This document shows, piece by piece, positions 32,857-42,264 of a stretch of 64,000 nt of DNA. The notes under the pieces are model-generated. The model was not told the DNA's origin and ran no database searches. It was given only the letters and a program-made list of their open reading frames with translations. The stretch is from Candidatus Latescibacterota bacterium (GTDB taxonomy: Bacteria; Latescibacterota; UBA2968; UBA8231). The position numbers and the translations under genes were made by a program. Position 1 is the stretch's first letter. Each line of letters opens with the position of its first letter. The stretch is taken from the NCBI GenBank assembly GCA_965217585.1, contig OZ244561.1, positions 2,624,001 through 2,688,000 of the forward strand. Direction: 5' to 3'.

Positions 32857-35220
32857 ATGTCTGTCCAGCCTGCCGTACGCATCGTCTATTGGAAAAGGTT
32901 CACGCAGGCATCCCTGTTCTGTATGCTTTTCGCGAGCTCTGCCCTCCACGCCGAGTACCCCCCCGGTCAAGTCCGCTTAACGCCCAAGATCGACCTCCAC
33001 CTCGAACCAACGCCTGTGGAGGGACTCCCTGATCGCACCCTCAACCTCCCGCCTGGTTTTAAGGTCAAACTCTTCTCCGACCAAGTAGATAAAGCCCGAT
33101 TTATGGCCTGGGACGACCAAGGCGTCCTGCATGTGGCCAACATGAAGACTCGGGGAAGGAATCAATGGAGCCCGGCCTCCGGCCGCCAAAGCACGGTGTT
33201 GGCCTTGCCCGACAAGGACGGAGATGGCCGCGCCGACACCGTGTACAAGGCTGCCGACGACTTTCACTGGCCCCACAGCGTCGCCTTCTATCAGGGAGCA
33301 CTTTTCGTCGCCGACGACGATGCGATCTACCGCCTCGAAGACCGGGACGCGGATGGCTTTTACGAGGAGCGCACTGTCTTCGCCGAGGTGCCCGGTTTTA
33401 TGGGCCGTGCCTCTGAGCACGTAACCCATACACTGGTTTTCGACGAATCCAACGACAAGCTCTACTTCCACGTTGGCTCAAGTTGCGACCTGTGTCGCGA
33501 GGACGACCCCGAACGTTCCACGGTTCTACAGCTCAACACCGACGGCAGTGGTCGGCGGATCTTTGCCTCTGGGCTACGCAATGCCATCGGCCTCGACTTG
33601 CACCCGGTCACCGGTGAGCTATGGGGCGCTGGCAATGGGCACGACCGCGAAGGACTGGACTTGCCGCCGGAGTGGATCACCCCCCTCCGCGATGGCGGCT
33701 TCTATGGCTGGCCCTTGGCGTACGCCTATCAGGTCTGGACCGATTTCTCCATTGGTGCCTACCGAAGGGCGATCTTCCCGCTGACCGGTGCCGACTCGCT
33801 GTTGGTTGCCAACATGGAGCGTCCGGCGGCCCTCGTTCCCGCCCACTTGGCACCGATGGGGCTGCATTTCTACACGCACGACCAGTTTCCCCCCCAGTAC
33901 AAACACGCCGCGTTTGTCGCCTTCCGCGCGGGCGTCTTGGGCAACGATCCCGGCTACAAGGTCATGGCGCTTTTTGCCGCGCCCGATGGCTCCAACGTTC
34001 GCATCGCCGATTTTCTCATCGGCTTCCGCCCCAATCCCAACGAAAAGGCCGTGTGGGGTAAGCCGGTTGGGCTGATTACTGACGAAGCCGGACGCCTCTA
34101 CGTGACCAGCGATGACCTCACCCAAGCCATCTTCCGCATTGAAGCCAGCTCCCTCCAGGGCGCGTGGGAAAACCCGCCGCCCGACACCCTGCTCGCCGGT
34201 GCGTCGCTGCCGTTGCGTTCGACGATTCGCCTCTGGCGGCAAGCAGAAGGCGCAGAGCCAGCTCAGTTAACGGCCAATCTGGCTGCGCTGGGTGGCCCGG
34301 AGGCATTGCCGCTGCAACGAGTAGACGACCAGACCTATCGCTTGGAGGCCGACCTCTCAGCCGGCGAGCACAACGGCCGCAAAAAATTGGTGGTACATCT
34401 CGCTCAAGGCGACGAGGAGACTAAGCTGGTGCATTCTATCGTCGTGCTGCCCAGAGAGGATCAAGCCCTCTTTGCCGACGAGTTCGCTTGGGACCAAGGC
34501 GCACTCTACAGCGCGGAACTCGGCCCGACCCATACCGATACCGTCTTCGCCGGCCAGCGGGCGATGCGAGTAGAAGCTCGGGGTTTTTCCATTGAATTTC
34601 TGCCCCGCGAACCGGTCGCCAGCGTCGGCTACGTTGCGCTGCGCTTGGCCCTGCATCCCGGCACAGCCGTCGGCGGCTTCCGGCCATCTTTAGCTTGGGT
34701 TGTCAACGGCGATACCGACAATCGGTTGGATATGACGGATCAATTGGACTGGGAACTGGACCAATGGCAAGTGATTGAGATTAGCTTGGACCGGCTAGAC
34801 AGCGACGACCCTATCGAATCGTTGCGCTTCATCGGCTCTCTGCGCGGAACCTTCTATCTCGACGATATTTACTTGGTCGCCGCCCAGTCCTCTGGAGATA
34901 TTACGGCTGTACGGGAAGGGGACGACCGAAGCGGTGCGCCGCGAGAATTTGCCCTGGATCCGAACTATCCCAATCCGTTCAATAGCTCCACAACCATCCG
35001 CTACCGCCTCGAAGAGCCGGGCCGGGTGCGCTTGGATATTTTCGACGTACAGGGCCAGAAAGTGAAGACGCTCGCCGACGGCTATACAGGAGCGGGCGTT
35101 TACCAAGTTGAATGGGATGGGGCGGACGCCAGCGGGAAAGCTGTGGCCACGGGCGTCTATCTAGCGCGCCTACAGAAGGGCAACGCCTCATTAGTCCACA
35201 AGATGCTGTTGCTCAAATAA
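32857..35220 (+). CDS. Secreted glucose/sorbosone dehydrogenase-like beta-propeller with C-terminal FlgD-Ig/T9SS-type sorting domain
   Basis: LPPGFKV, GSSCD.C.E, ASGLRN..G, HLAPMG, GKPVG..LYVTSD; C-terminal FALDPNYPNPFNSST..GVYLARL..KMLLLK. Confidence 0.85.
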   Translation: MSVQPAVRIVYWKRFTQASLFCMLFASSALHAEYPPGQVRLTPKIDLHLEPTPVEGLPDRTLNLPPGFKVKLFSDQVDKARFMAWDDQGVLHVANMKTRGRNQWSPASGRQSTVLALPDKDGDGRADTVYKAADDFHWPHSVAFYQGALFVADDDAIYRLEDRDADGFYEERTVFAEVPGFMGRASEHVTHTLVFDESNDKLYFHVGSSCDLCREDDPERSTVLQLNTDGSGRRIFASGLRNAIGLDLHPVTGELWGAGNGHDREGLDLPPEWITPLRDGGFYGWPLAYAYQVWTDFSIGAYRRAIFPLTGADSLLVANMERPAALVPAHLAPMGLHFYTHDQFPPQYKHAAFVAFRAGVLGNDPGYKVMALFAAPDGSNVRIADFLIGFRPNPNEKAVWGKPVGLITDEAGRLYVTSDDLTQAIFRIEASSLQGAWENPPPDTLLAGASLPLRSTIRLWRQAEGAEPAQLTANLAALGGPEALPLQRVDDQTYRLEADLSAGEHNGRKKLVVHLAQGDEETKLVHSIVVLPREDQALFADEFAWDQGALYSAELGPTHTDTVFAGQRAMRVEARGFSIEFLPREPVASVGYVALRLALHPGTAVGGFRPSLAWVVNGDTDNRLDMTDQLDWELDQWQVIEISLDRLDSDDPIESLRFIGSLRGTFYLDDIYLVAAQSSGDITAVREGDDRSGAPREFALDPNYPNPFNSSTTIRYRLEEPGRVRLDIFDVQGQKVKTLADGYTGAGVYQVEWDGADASGKAVATGVYLARLQKGNASLVHKMLLLK

Positions 35221-35221
35221 T

Positions 35222-35656
35222 ATGCAGCGTCTCAACCTCCCGGCCGCTGCGTTTGACATCCGCCAAGTCGAAGGCAAGCGCGAGATACTAGACCCTTTGC
35301 GCCGCAAGTACGTGCGATTGACGCCCGAGGAGTGGGTGCGGCAGCACTTGGTGCAATATCTAGTATCGGACTTGGGCTACCCGCGCGGGTTGATCGCCAT
35401 TGAGAAAAGCATTGACCTCCACGGCAAGCAATTTCGCGCCGATGTCATCGTCCACAATCGTGCGGGCGGTGCCGTGCTAATGGCCGAGTGCAAAGAGCCG
35501 GACGTTTCCATCAGCCAGCAGACCTTCGACCAAATTGCCGCATACAACCGCGTGGTCCAGGCCCGCTGTCTTTTGGTCACCAATGGCTTGGTCCACTACT
35601 GCTATGTCACCGATCGCGGCTTCATCGACCAAGTGCCGCGTTACGACGAGTTATGA
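35222..35656 (+). CDS. Stand-alone HsdR N-terminal-like (HSDR_N_2) protein
   Basis: RRKYVRLTPEEWVRQH, RADVIV, ECK, TNG. Confidence 0.85.
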   Translation: MQRLNLPAAAFDIRQVEGKREILDPLRRKYVRLTPEEWVRQHLVQYLVSDLGYPRGLIAIEKSIDLHGKQFRADVIVHNRAGGAVLMAECKEPDVSISQQTFDQIAAYNRVVQARCLLVTNGLVHYCYVTDRGFIDQVPRYDEL

Positions 35657-35663
35657 ACGTTTT

Positions 35664-36875
35664 TTAGCCTGCCTCCGCGCTCCAGAAATCCGATACGACA
35701 CCATCCCGCGCGATCATCCTCTCCAACGCCAATAAGTTCCGCATCACGCACCGCGGATGGTGATAGTGCTCTTTTCGGGATACGTGGTCGGTGTAATTCA
35801 CCTTCCGGTCGCCGCCATACAAATACAGCGGATATCCATACTGCTTGAGCGAAAACCGCTCCTCTACGTAATCGAAAATTCGTCCAAACCACTCCCCGGC
35901 CCACTCCACCCCCGCGTGTTCCAACAGAATCAGACAGCCGATCAAGGCCTCTTCCTGCAACCAGAGCACCTTGTCGAAGGTATAGGTTCCGTGTACGTGC
36001 ATCGCGCGGAAAAGCCCGCCATAGACGTCATCCCAGGCCACTTCGAGATGGCGGCGGAAGCGCGCGGCAGCCAAATCAAAGAGTGCGCGATCTCTGCGGC
36101 GCATCGCCTCGGGCAGCAGCATCCACAGCGTCTCGATTGCGTGGCCTAAGTAGATAAAGTCCTCGTTGGGGTCGTCGGGCCGTCTGTAATCGTGGTCCAG
36201 TGCCTCGTTCATCAGGCGGTACTCGGGATGCCAGAAGCGATGGACAATCGCATCGACGACGCGGTCGGCGAGCGCTTCCAACTTGGGGTCGGCAACCTGT
36301 TCGAGTAGCTGTGTCAGTATCAGCACTAGCACCATCTGGTTGCCTAGTATTCGCATCCCAGGATAGTTGTGCGGGATGTACCCTTCCTCTGGGGAGCGCT
36401 CGGGATCGTCAAAAAAAGAAACCGATCGCCAGAGGCTAGCTATGGCGGTTTCGAGAGCCTCTGCGTCGCCGGTCGCACAGGCGTAGGCCTGTAGCCCCTC
36501 GGCGACGAAAAGGCCCTCGTAGCCTCGCTTCGTAGCCGGCGAGACGACCCGTCCCCGCCGATCTAATGCCGTTACCCAATCGCCTGCTTGGTCTCGGCCA
36601 TGAGCTAGGAGAAAGTCGCGTGCCTTGCGTGCCACCTGCAGGTGTTCCTCCCCACCAAAGTGCTGGTATAGATACGAGTATGTCCACAGGCCGCGACCCT
36701 GATACCACATGTTTTTGCTGTCTTCTAGGCGAGTGCCGTCGTGATCTAGGGCGCAGATAAACCCGCCTAACTCGTGGTCTATGCCGTACTGGGACCAAAA
36801 GGGCAGATACTCCTCGAAGAGGTAATGCCGATAGTGGTCCCTGAAAGCGATCAGGCTTTTCCCCGCGATATCCAT
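35664..36875 (-). CDS. AGE family (N-acylglucosamine 2-epimerase-like) epimerase
   Basis: LPFW..GID..GG, K..WYQGR, GHAIE..W, WDDVYGG, KVLWLQEE, YHHPR. Confidence 0.88.
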   Translation of the reverse strand: MDIAGKSLIAFRDHYRHYLFEEYLPFWSQYGIDHELGGFICALDHDGTRLEDSKNMWYQGRGLWTYSYLYQHFGGEEHLQVARKARDFLLAHGRDQAGDWVTALDRRGRVVSPATKRGYEGLFVAEGLQAYACATGDAEALETAIASLWRSVSFFDDPERSPEEGYIPHNYPGMRILGNQMVLVLILTQLLEQVADPKLEALADRVVDAIVHRFWHPEYRLMNEALDHDYRRPDDPNEDFIYLGHAIETLWMLLPEAMRRRDRALFDLAAARFRRHLEVAWDDVYGGLFRAMHVHGTYTFDKVLWLQEEALIGCLILLEHAGVEWAGEWFGRIFDYVEERFSLKQYGYPLYLYGGDRKVNYTDHVSRKEHYHHPRCVMRNLLALERMIARDGVVSDFWSAEAG

Positions 36876-36890
36876 GTCGTTCTCCTAGAG

Positions 36891-37790
36891 CTAAGAGTCC
36901 GGATCGGTCTTAAAGCGGCCTTGGCCATCGATGTGCAAAGAAGCCCGCGTCTTCCCCTCTTCGTCGTAGAAGTCCAGCCGAGGGTTCCCGCCGGTCGGTA
37001 GGCCTAACCCGGCGCGGAAACGCTGTTCCTCGTCGAGAACCCCAAGCCAAGCGATTCCCTCTTCCAGTACCCCGACGATGGTGCGCGTGTGGCTGTCTTG
37101 GTCGCGCATTTCAAGCAAGGTCATGCCATCGGCCCGCACGCTCAATGTGGCGCGCACCTCGCCTTGGGCATCGTAGAGCTTGAGCGAAGGCACTTCTTCG
37201 TCTTCGAGGCCGCTTTGCAGCCGCATCCGTCCTTGGGCATCGAAGAAACTCAGCCGCATTGCGCCAGCGTGGCCACTGCCTAGGCCCGCGCGAGGCCGCC
37301 CGGTCTCGTCGTAAAAGGCCAAACTGCCGGCCCCGTCCTCGCTTAGCGAAAAGCCCGCCCGCACTTCGCCCCGCTCGTCGTAGAGTTCCAGCAGCGGGGC
37401 CTTATCGCTCCCTAACCGCAAGTCGGCCCGCACCTGTCCTTCTCGGTCGCGCAACCTAAGCCCATTGCTCAGCACGGCGGTAATTTCACCGTCGGCATCC
37501 CTCAACTCCAGTTCGCCGCCATTGGGGCCTTGCACCAATTGAGCCAGTAGTTGGCGCTCGTCGCCGCGCAATACAAAGCGCCGTGCCTGCACCGTCCCCA
37601 GCCGCCAACGCGCGACGAGCAACCCCAGCGAGATCAGCAGTGCCGCTCCACTGGCCAAACCCACTAGATAGACGACGCGCTCCAACTCCTCCAAGTCCTT
37701 CCTCAAGGCATCCCCTTCTAGGGGCTGAGCTCCACCAAACGAGCTGAGCAGGACTAGCAATTGCACCGCCTTTAGCCAATGGATCGACAT
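36891..37790 (-). CDS. Membrane-anchored hypothetical protein with ~23-aa beta-repeats
   Basis: Signal-like N-terminus and TM helix, then about 9 repeats of LxxxDxxGxxRAxL. Confidence 0.75.
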   Translation of the reverse strand: MSIHWLKAVQLLVLLSSFGGAQPLEGDALRKDLEELERVVYLVGLASGAALLISLGLLVARWRLGTVQARRFVLRGDERQLLAQLVQGPNGGELELRDADGEITAVLSNGLRLRDREGQVRADLRLGSDKAPLLELYDERGEVRAGFSLSEDGAGSLAFYDETGRPRAGLGSGHAGAMRLSFFDAQGRMRLQSGLEDEEVPSLKLYDAQGEVRATLSVRADGMTLLEMRDQDSHTRTIVGVLEEGIAWLGVLDEEQRFRAGLGLPTGGNPRLDFYDEEGKTRASLHIDGQGRFKTDPDS

Positions 37791-37813
37791 GCCGTAGTTT
37801 TCCGTTTCTGGCC

Positions 37814-38803
37814 CTACGCAGTTTGCGTCTCTTTGTTAACCGCTTGGATCATGGCGATGATATACCCGAACTGAAAGGCCCAGGCTTGGCGCACCCGGCC
37901 CGAAGCGCCCGCGGGCGGGTTGTCGTCGGGGTGGGACGGCGCGTGGTCGGGCATCAGCATGTATTCATAGTCTACGTCCCTCAAGGTGCGCGCCACCTCG
38001 TGCATGTCGACGTCGCCTTCGTCGGGCCAGACCTCTTGGAAATTGTGCAGCCCGCCCTTGATGTTGCGGTAGTGGATGTTGAAGAGCTTCCCCCGCTCGC
38101 CGAAATAGCGCACGATATCGCAAAGCTCTTCCGCCGGATTCTCCAACCCCTCAGACGCCACGCCGCAACAAAAATTAAAGCCGTGATACGGGCTATCGAC
38201 CAGCTCGGAAAAGCGCTTGAGCCCCTCCATCACTGGCCAGTTCCAGCGTTCGACGCCACGCAGGACAGGCGCTGGCGGATCGTTGAGATGGCAGGCCATC
38301 TGCACCTTGTTTTCCTCGGCTACCGGAATCACGCGCTCGAGCCAATAGGCCGCCCGTTCAAATGCTTCTTCGCGGCTGACCACGCCCGCTTCGCTCAGCG
38401 TTTCGTTGTCGAACTTCGCTAGGTCAAATGAGCTGTACGTCACGCCCCCGCGCCCGGGCGTGGGCTCGGTGCGCTGGTGCGGCAGGATGCAGAAATTGTA
38501 GAGCAATGCCCGCAGCCCGGCCTTGCTCGCGTTTTCGATCCAACGGCAGACCTCGTCGAGGTCTCGGTCTCGCTGCGGGTCCTGCGCCAGCGTGACGCTT
38601 TTGGGTACGCCGATGTGGATCGCCTCCATGCTTACCCCGTACTCGGCCGCCTCCTCCTTGTGTCGCACCAGTGTATCGACTTCGTTGTCCTCTACTGAGG
38701 CATCCATGTGCGTCACTCCGTGCCGCACCAGAAACTCTAGCTCCATCTTTGAGGTCCCGATTCCCTGCACTCCGACGTGCATGCTGCTTTGTCCGTCACT
38801 CAT
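37814..38803 (-). CDS. Mannonate dehydratase-like (UxuA family)
   Basis: LERVIPVAEE.KV.MACH..DPP, GFNFCCG, IHYRN, DEGDVDM, MPDH.P. Confidence 0.85.
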   Translation of the reverse strand: MSDGQSSMHVGVQGIGTSKMELEFLVRHGVTHMDASVEDNEVDTLVRHKEEAAEYGVSMEAIHIGVPKSVTLAQDPQRDRDLDEVCRWIENASKAGLRALLYNFCILPHQRTEPTPGRGGVTYSSFDLAKFDNETLSEAGVVSREEAFERAAYWLERVIPVAEENKVQMACHLNDPPAPVLRGVERWNWPVMEGLKRFSELVDSPYHGFNFCCGVASEGLENPAEELCDIVRYFGERGKLFNIHYRNIKGGLHNFQEVWPDEGDVDMHEVARTLRDVDYEYMLMPDHAPSHPDDNPPAGASGRVRQAWAFQFGYIIAMIQAVNKETQTA

Positions 38804-38844
38804 TTCTGTTTCCCCTTTCTATAAAATGGCAAGATGGACCATCG

Positions 38845-39630
38845 TTAAGCCGATGCCCCTGAATAGTGCCGCACCCCCCACAACCAAAACGCCCGCGCCC
38901 CCACCAGCATTCCTGCCGCCATTGCCAACGCGCCCCACAACACCTCCGGCGACAACCGCCCGACCAAGGCTTCCGACGGCACAGTCACCGCAAAGGCCAC
39001 CGGCACCAGAAAGGTCATCGCCAGCTTGAGCCAGCGCGGATAGATGGCCACTGGATACTTGCCAGCATTGTAAACGGCTTGAAAGATCACTAGGATGTTT
39101 TCTGCTTTGATAAACCAGAATGTAGTTGTTGCTAGCACCAGCCAAAAACTGTAGACGATTGCCGCGCCAGCCGCAAGCGTCAGGGCAAATCCCGCCGCGT
39201 GTGCAAGGCCCGTCTGCATCCCGATTTCGACTAGGGCCACTGCAATCAGTGCCGTCCCCTGCACTACGTCCAAAAACTTCCAAATCCGCACCTCGCCGAC
39301 GCTCACTAGCACTTGTGAGTCCTCCGGCTTAGTGAGGGTAAAGTCCAGCGTGCCTAGGCGCACGTCCTCCATAAAGCGCTGCATCGACGGCTGGATCAGT
39401 GCGCCAATCAGGCCGCTCATCAGGAAGAACACCCCCAAGAGAGCCACCAGTTCGGCCGGTTGCCAGCCGCCCAGTTCCTCGGTATGCGAGAAAATCACCG
39501 CCAAACCCGCCAGCGCGACTCCTAGATTGAGCAAGCTCTGCAGGAGCTGCACCCAGAAATTGGCTCGGTACGCCAGTTCGTTCATTGCGCCGATGCGCAG
39601 AAAGATCCACAGTAGCCGTAAATAGTTCAT
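38845..39630 (-). CDS. ABC-2 family permease (DUF990-type)
   Basis: LAYRANF, GGW, G.LDF.LTKP, KYP..IYP; ATG overlaps the upstream stop. Confidence 0.88.
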   Translation of the reverse strand: MNYLRLLWIFLRIGAMNELAYRANFWVQLLQSLLNLGVALAGLAVIFSHTEELGGWQPAELVALLGVFFLMSGLIGALIQPSMQRFMEDVRLGTLDFTLTKPEDSQVLVSVGEVRIWKFLDVVQGTALIAVALVEIGMQTGLAHAAGFALTLAAGAAIVYSFWLVLATTTFWFIKAENILVIFQAVYNAGKYPVAIYPRWLKLAMTFLVPVAFAVTVPSEALVGRLSPEVLWGALAMAAGMLVGARAFWLWGVRHYSGASA

Positions 39631-40430
39631 GAGCCGACCGCCGAGTATCTGCGCACGCCGCGCGACCAGACCGCGGTCAGAATCCCCCAGCTCAGCCCCA
39701 GCCACATCACCTGCGCCGCCGCGCCCCAGAGCACTTCGGTGGGCGTGAGTCGGCCGAGCAGAAGTTCGGTGGGGAAGGCCAGCATCCAGCGGAAGGGCAA
39801 AAGCGCGGCCAGCGTCTGGAGCCACTCGGGCAAAAGCGACAGCGGTGCCATCTGGCCCGAAAAGAAAAGCGCGACCGCGAAGTAGAGTTGGTTGGCCGCG
39901 GCCGTGCGCGTTGTCCACAGAGCCACTAAAGCCAGTGCCCACTCGACGAAAAAGCGCATCAGGAAAGCCAGCAGGATGACAGGTATCGAGGCCCAAATTG
40001 CCCAAGCCGGCGGGTCGAAGACGGGATCGAAGAGCCAGATCATTAGACCCATCGTCGGCAGCATTACCGCCAGGGTCAGAAACTTGTAGGAGATATTCGT
40101 GGCGATGTCGCGGTGGATCGGGTGCAGCGGCTGGAGCAGGAGCGGCGAAAAGCCCCCCGACCGCACCCGATATTCAAATTCGAACATAAACCAAGTAAAC
40201 GTCAGGTGGCCCACCATCATCATGACGATGTAGTAGGCGGCAAAGTCCCCGGTAGAGAAGTCGCCCACCTGCCCGCCCTGCGAGTGGGCCACCGCCGTCC
40301 ACACCGAAAGGAAGACCAGCGCGTCGACGACGCGCCCGATCAGCCAGATTGCCATTGCCGCCCGGTACTGGAACTGCACGGCCAAATCGGTGCGGAAGAG
40401 CGTGGTGTAGATGTCGGCTAGCCCCCTCAT
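39627..40430 (-). CDS. ABC-2 family permease
   Basis: QYRAAM, VRSG.FS..LLQP, FSGQMAPLSLLP..LPF. Confidence 0.88.
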   Translation of the reverse strand: MRGLADIYTTLFRTDLAVQFQYRAAMAIWLIGRVVDALVFLSVWTAVAHSQGGQVGDFSTGDFAAYYIVMMMVGHLTFTWFMFEFEYRVRSGGFSPLLLQPLHPIHRDIATNISYKFLTLAVMLPTMGLMIWLFDPVFDPPAWAIWASIPVILLAFLMRFFVEWALALVALWTTRTAAANQLYFAVALFFSGQMAPLSLLPEWLQTLAALLPFRWMLAFPTELLLGRLTPTEVLWGAAAQVMWLGLSWGILTAVWSRGVRRYSAVGS

Positions 40431-41401
40431 GCGCGTTCAAAAACTTCTTCGATCACGTCCTCAATCGGCGGATCTTCCACCGTCAGATCGAGAACGGGTT
40501 GCTCGCTGAGGAGCCGTCCGGTCACCTGCGCCGTCTCCGCCTTGGGCACTCGTAGCGATACGCGCCCCTCGCTACTGGCGACTATTTCTCCATAGCCCCC
40601 GAGGTCTCCGTGCCCATTTTCCAGTTCGACGATGATCGTCTTATGCGGTGAGAATCGCTGCACTAGCTCGGTGAGCTGGCCGTCAAAGAGCAGCAGGCCG
40701 CGGTGGATGACCACCACCCGTTTACACAGCGCCTCGACATCGGCCATGTAGTGACTAGTGAGGAGCACGGTGGCACCGTAGCGCTGATTGTATTCGCTTA
40801 AAAAGGCGCGGATCCGCCGCTGCATGGTCACGTCGAGGCCGATGGTCGGCTCATCGAGGAAGAGGACTTGCGGCTTGTGCAAAAGCGCGACGGCAACTTC
40901 GCACTTCATGCGCTCGCCCAAGGAGAGGTTGCGCACGGGCTTGTCGAGGAGCTCACCTAGGTCGAGGAGCGCGGTCAGTTCGTCGACTGTTTGCTGGTAC
41001 GCGCTCCGGTCTAGACGGTAGATAGCCCGGTTGCGTTCAAAGGAGTCGATTACCGGAATGTCCCAGAGCAGTTGGTTGCGATTGCCCATCACCAAGGTGA
41101 TCTGGCGGAGGAAATCGCGCTGCCTTTTGAACGGCTCAAAACCGAGGACTCGCCCTTGTCCGCCGGAGGGGTACAGGAGGCCCGAAAGCATCTTGAGGCT
41201 GGTGGTCTTGCCCGCGCCGTTAGGCCCCAAGAAGCCGACGATTTCGCCGGGGGCGACCTCAAAGCTGATCTGCTTAACCGCCTCGACTTGGCGCGTCTGG
41301 CGCTGCACGAGGCTCTTGAGCGCCGCGGCCAAGCCGCCCTCGCGCACGGGGACCGCATAGGTCTTGCTCAATTCGCGGACATCAATGGCGGGCACTGCCA
41401 A
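40427..41401 (-). CDS. ABC transporter ATP-binding protein
   Basis: GPNGAGKTT, LSLGERMK, LFLDEPTIGLD, LTSH. Confidence 0.94.
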   Translation of the reverse strand: MAVPAIDVRELSKTYAVPVREGGLAAALKSLVQRQTRQVEAVKQISFEVAPGEIVGFLGPNGAGKTTSLKMLSGLLYPSGGQGRVLGFEPFKRQRDFLRQITLVMGNRNQLLWDIPVIDSFERNRAIYRLDRSAYQQTVDELTALLDLGELLDKPVRNLSLGERMKCEVAVALLHKPQVLFLDEPTIGLDVTMQRRIRAFLSEYNQRYGATVLLTSHYMADVEALCKRVVVIHRGLLLFDGQLTELVQRFSPHKTIIVELENGHGDLGGYGEIVASSEGRVSLRVPKAETAQVTGRLLSEQPVLDLTVEDPPIEDVIEEVFERA

Positions 41402-41505
41402 AGGTTTCGCGTCTCCGGGTTAGAGGGTAAAGGGCGAATATAACCGAAAGGATTAACAGGGAAAATCAGCTATCGGCGCGTCTCCTTTGCCGAAGATGCC
41501 CGATC

Positions 41506-42117
41506 CTAGGCGAGGGGTCGGCCGCAAAGCCGGATGCGCATGGAATCGAGGGGAAAGGCTGGGCCGGGATCGACTTTGCGCGAGGGAGCGATTTCCTCGT
41601 GGCCGAGAATGTGCTGGATGCCGTAGCGTTGGATCAGCGCAGCGCAAATCGCCTCGATGACCGCTAGCTGTTCGCTTGGGTAGCGGTGCCAGTAGGAGGC
41701 CTCCGACTGGTTGCGATGGACGCCGCGCACCACTTCCTCGGGCGGATATAGCTGCCCAAACCAAGACTCGTAGCCGCCATCTCGCTCGCAAAGCTGGCCG
41801 GCGTTATCGATCTCGATGCCGATTGCATATTTGTTAAACCCCGAGCGCGTCCCCCAGTGGCTCACGCCAGCGTGCCAGCCGATGATGTCGAAGGGCAACA
41901 ACTGCGTCACTGCGCCGTCGCGGGCAACCACTAGATGGGCCGAGACCTTGTTTTCGCGCTGGTCGTCGCAGAGGGTGTGGATGGCCGACTCGGCGTTGGC
42001 ACCGGCCGTATAGTGAATGACGATGGTGTCCGGCAGCCCTAGGGCAAATGGGTCGCCTTGGTTGGGCGATTCGATGTAGTTGACGCCTTTGAAGCGGTGG
42101 TTAAGGTCTATTTCCAT
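41506..42117 (-). CDS. N-acetylmuramoyl-L-alanine amidase (Amidase_2/AmpD-like)
   Basis: IVIHYTA, VSAH, WHAG.S, IGIE, GHEEIAPSRKVDPG. Confidence 0.92.
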   Translation of the reverse strand: MEIDLNHRFKGVNYIESPNQGDPFALGLPDTIVIHYTAGANAESAIHTLCDDQRENKVSAHLVVARDGAVTQLLPFDIIGWHAGVSHWGTRSGFNKYAIGIEIDNAGQLCERDGGYESWFGQLYPPEEVVRGVHRNQSEASYWHRYPSEQLAVIEAICAALIQRYGIQHILGHEEIAPSRKVDPGPAFPLDSMRIRLCGRPLA

Positions 42118-42264
42118 AGTATTTTCAGTAGATGCGTTTTCTACACAATAGACGCGGAGGGCCGCAGTCGATAGGTGCTATTTCGTTGTTGAGCCACGAT
42201 TAAGATATATTATACGAAATGCGAAAACGCGTCGAGCATCACCTCCCTTTAGGGTTGACTGCCC

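Noticed and set aside
35222-35656. HsdR-N-like ORF as part of a type I R-M system
   Set aside because: No hsdM, hsdS or helicase adjacent; this small stand-alone family is common in FCB genomes
38845-40005. 386-aa long form of the ABC-2 permease
   Set aside because: The N-terminal extension overlaps the upstream permease; the coupled ATG at 39630 fits family length
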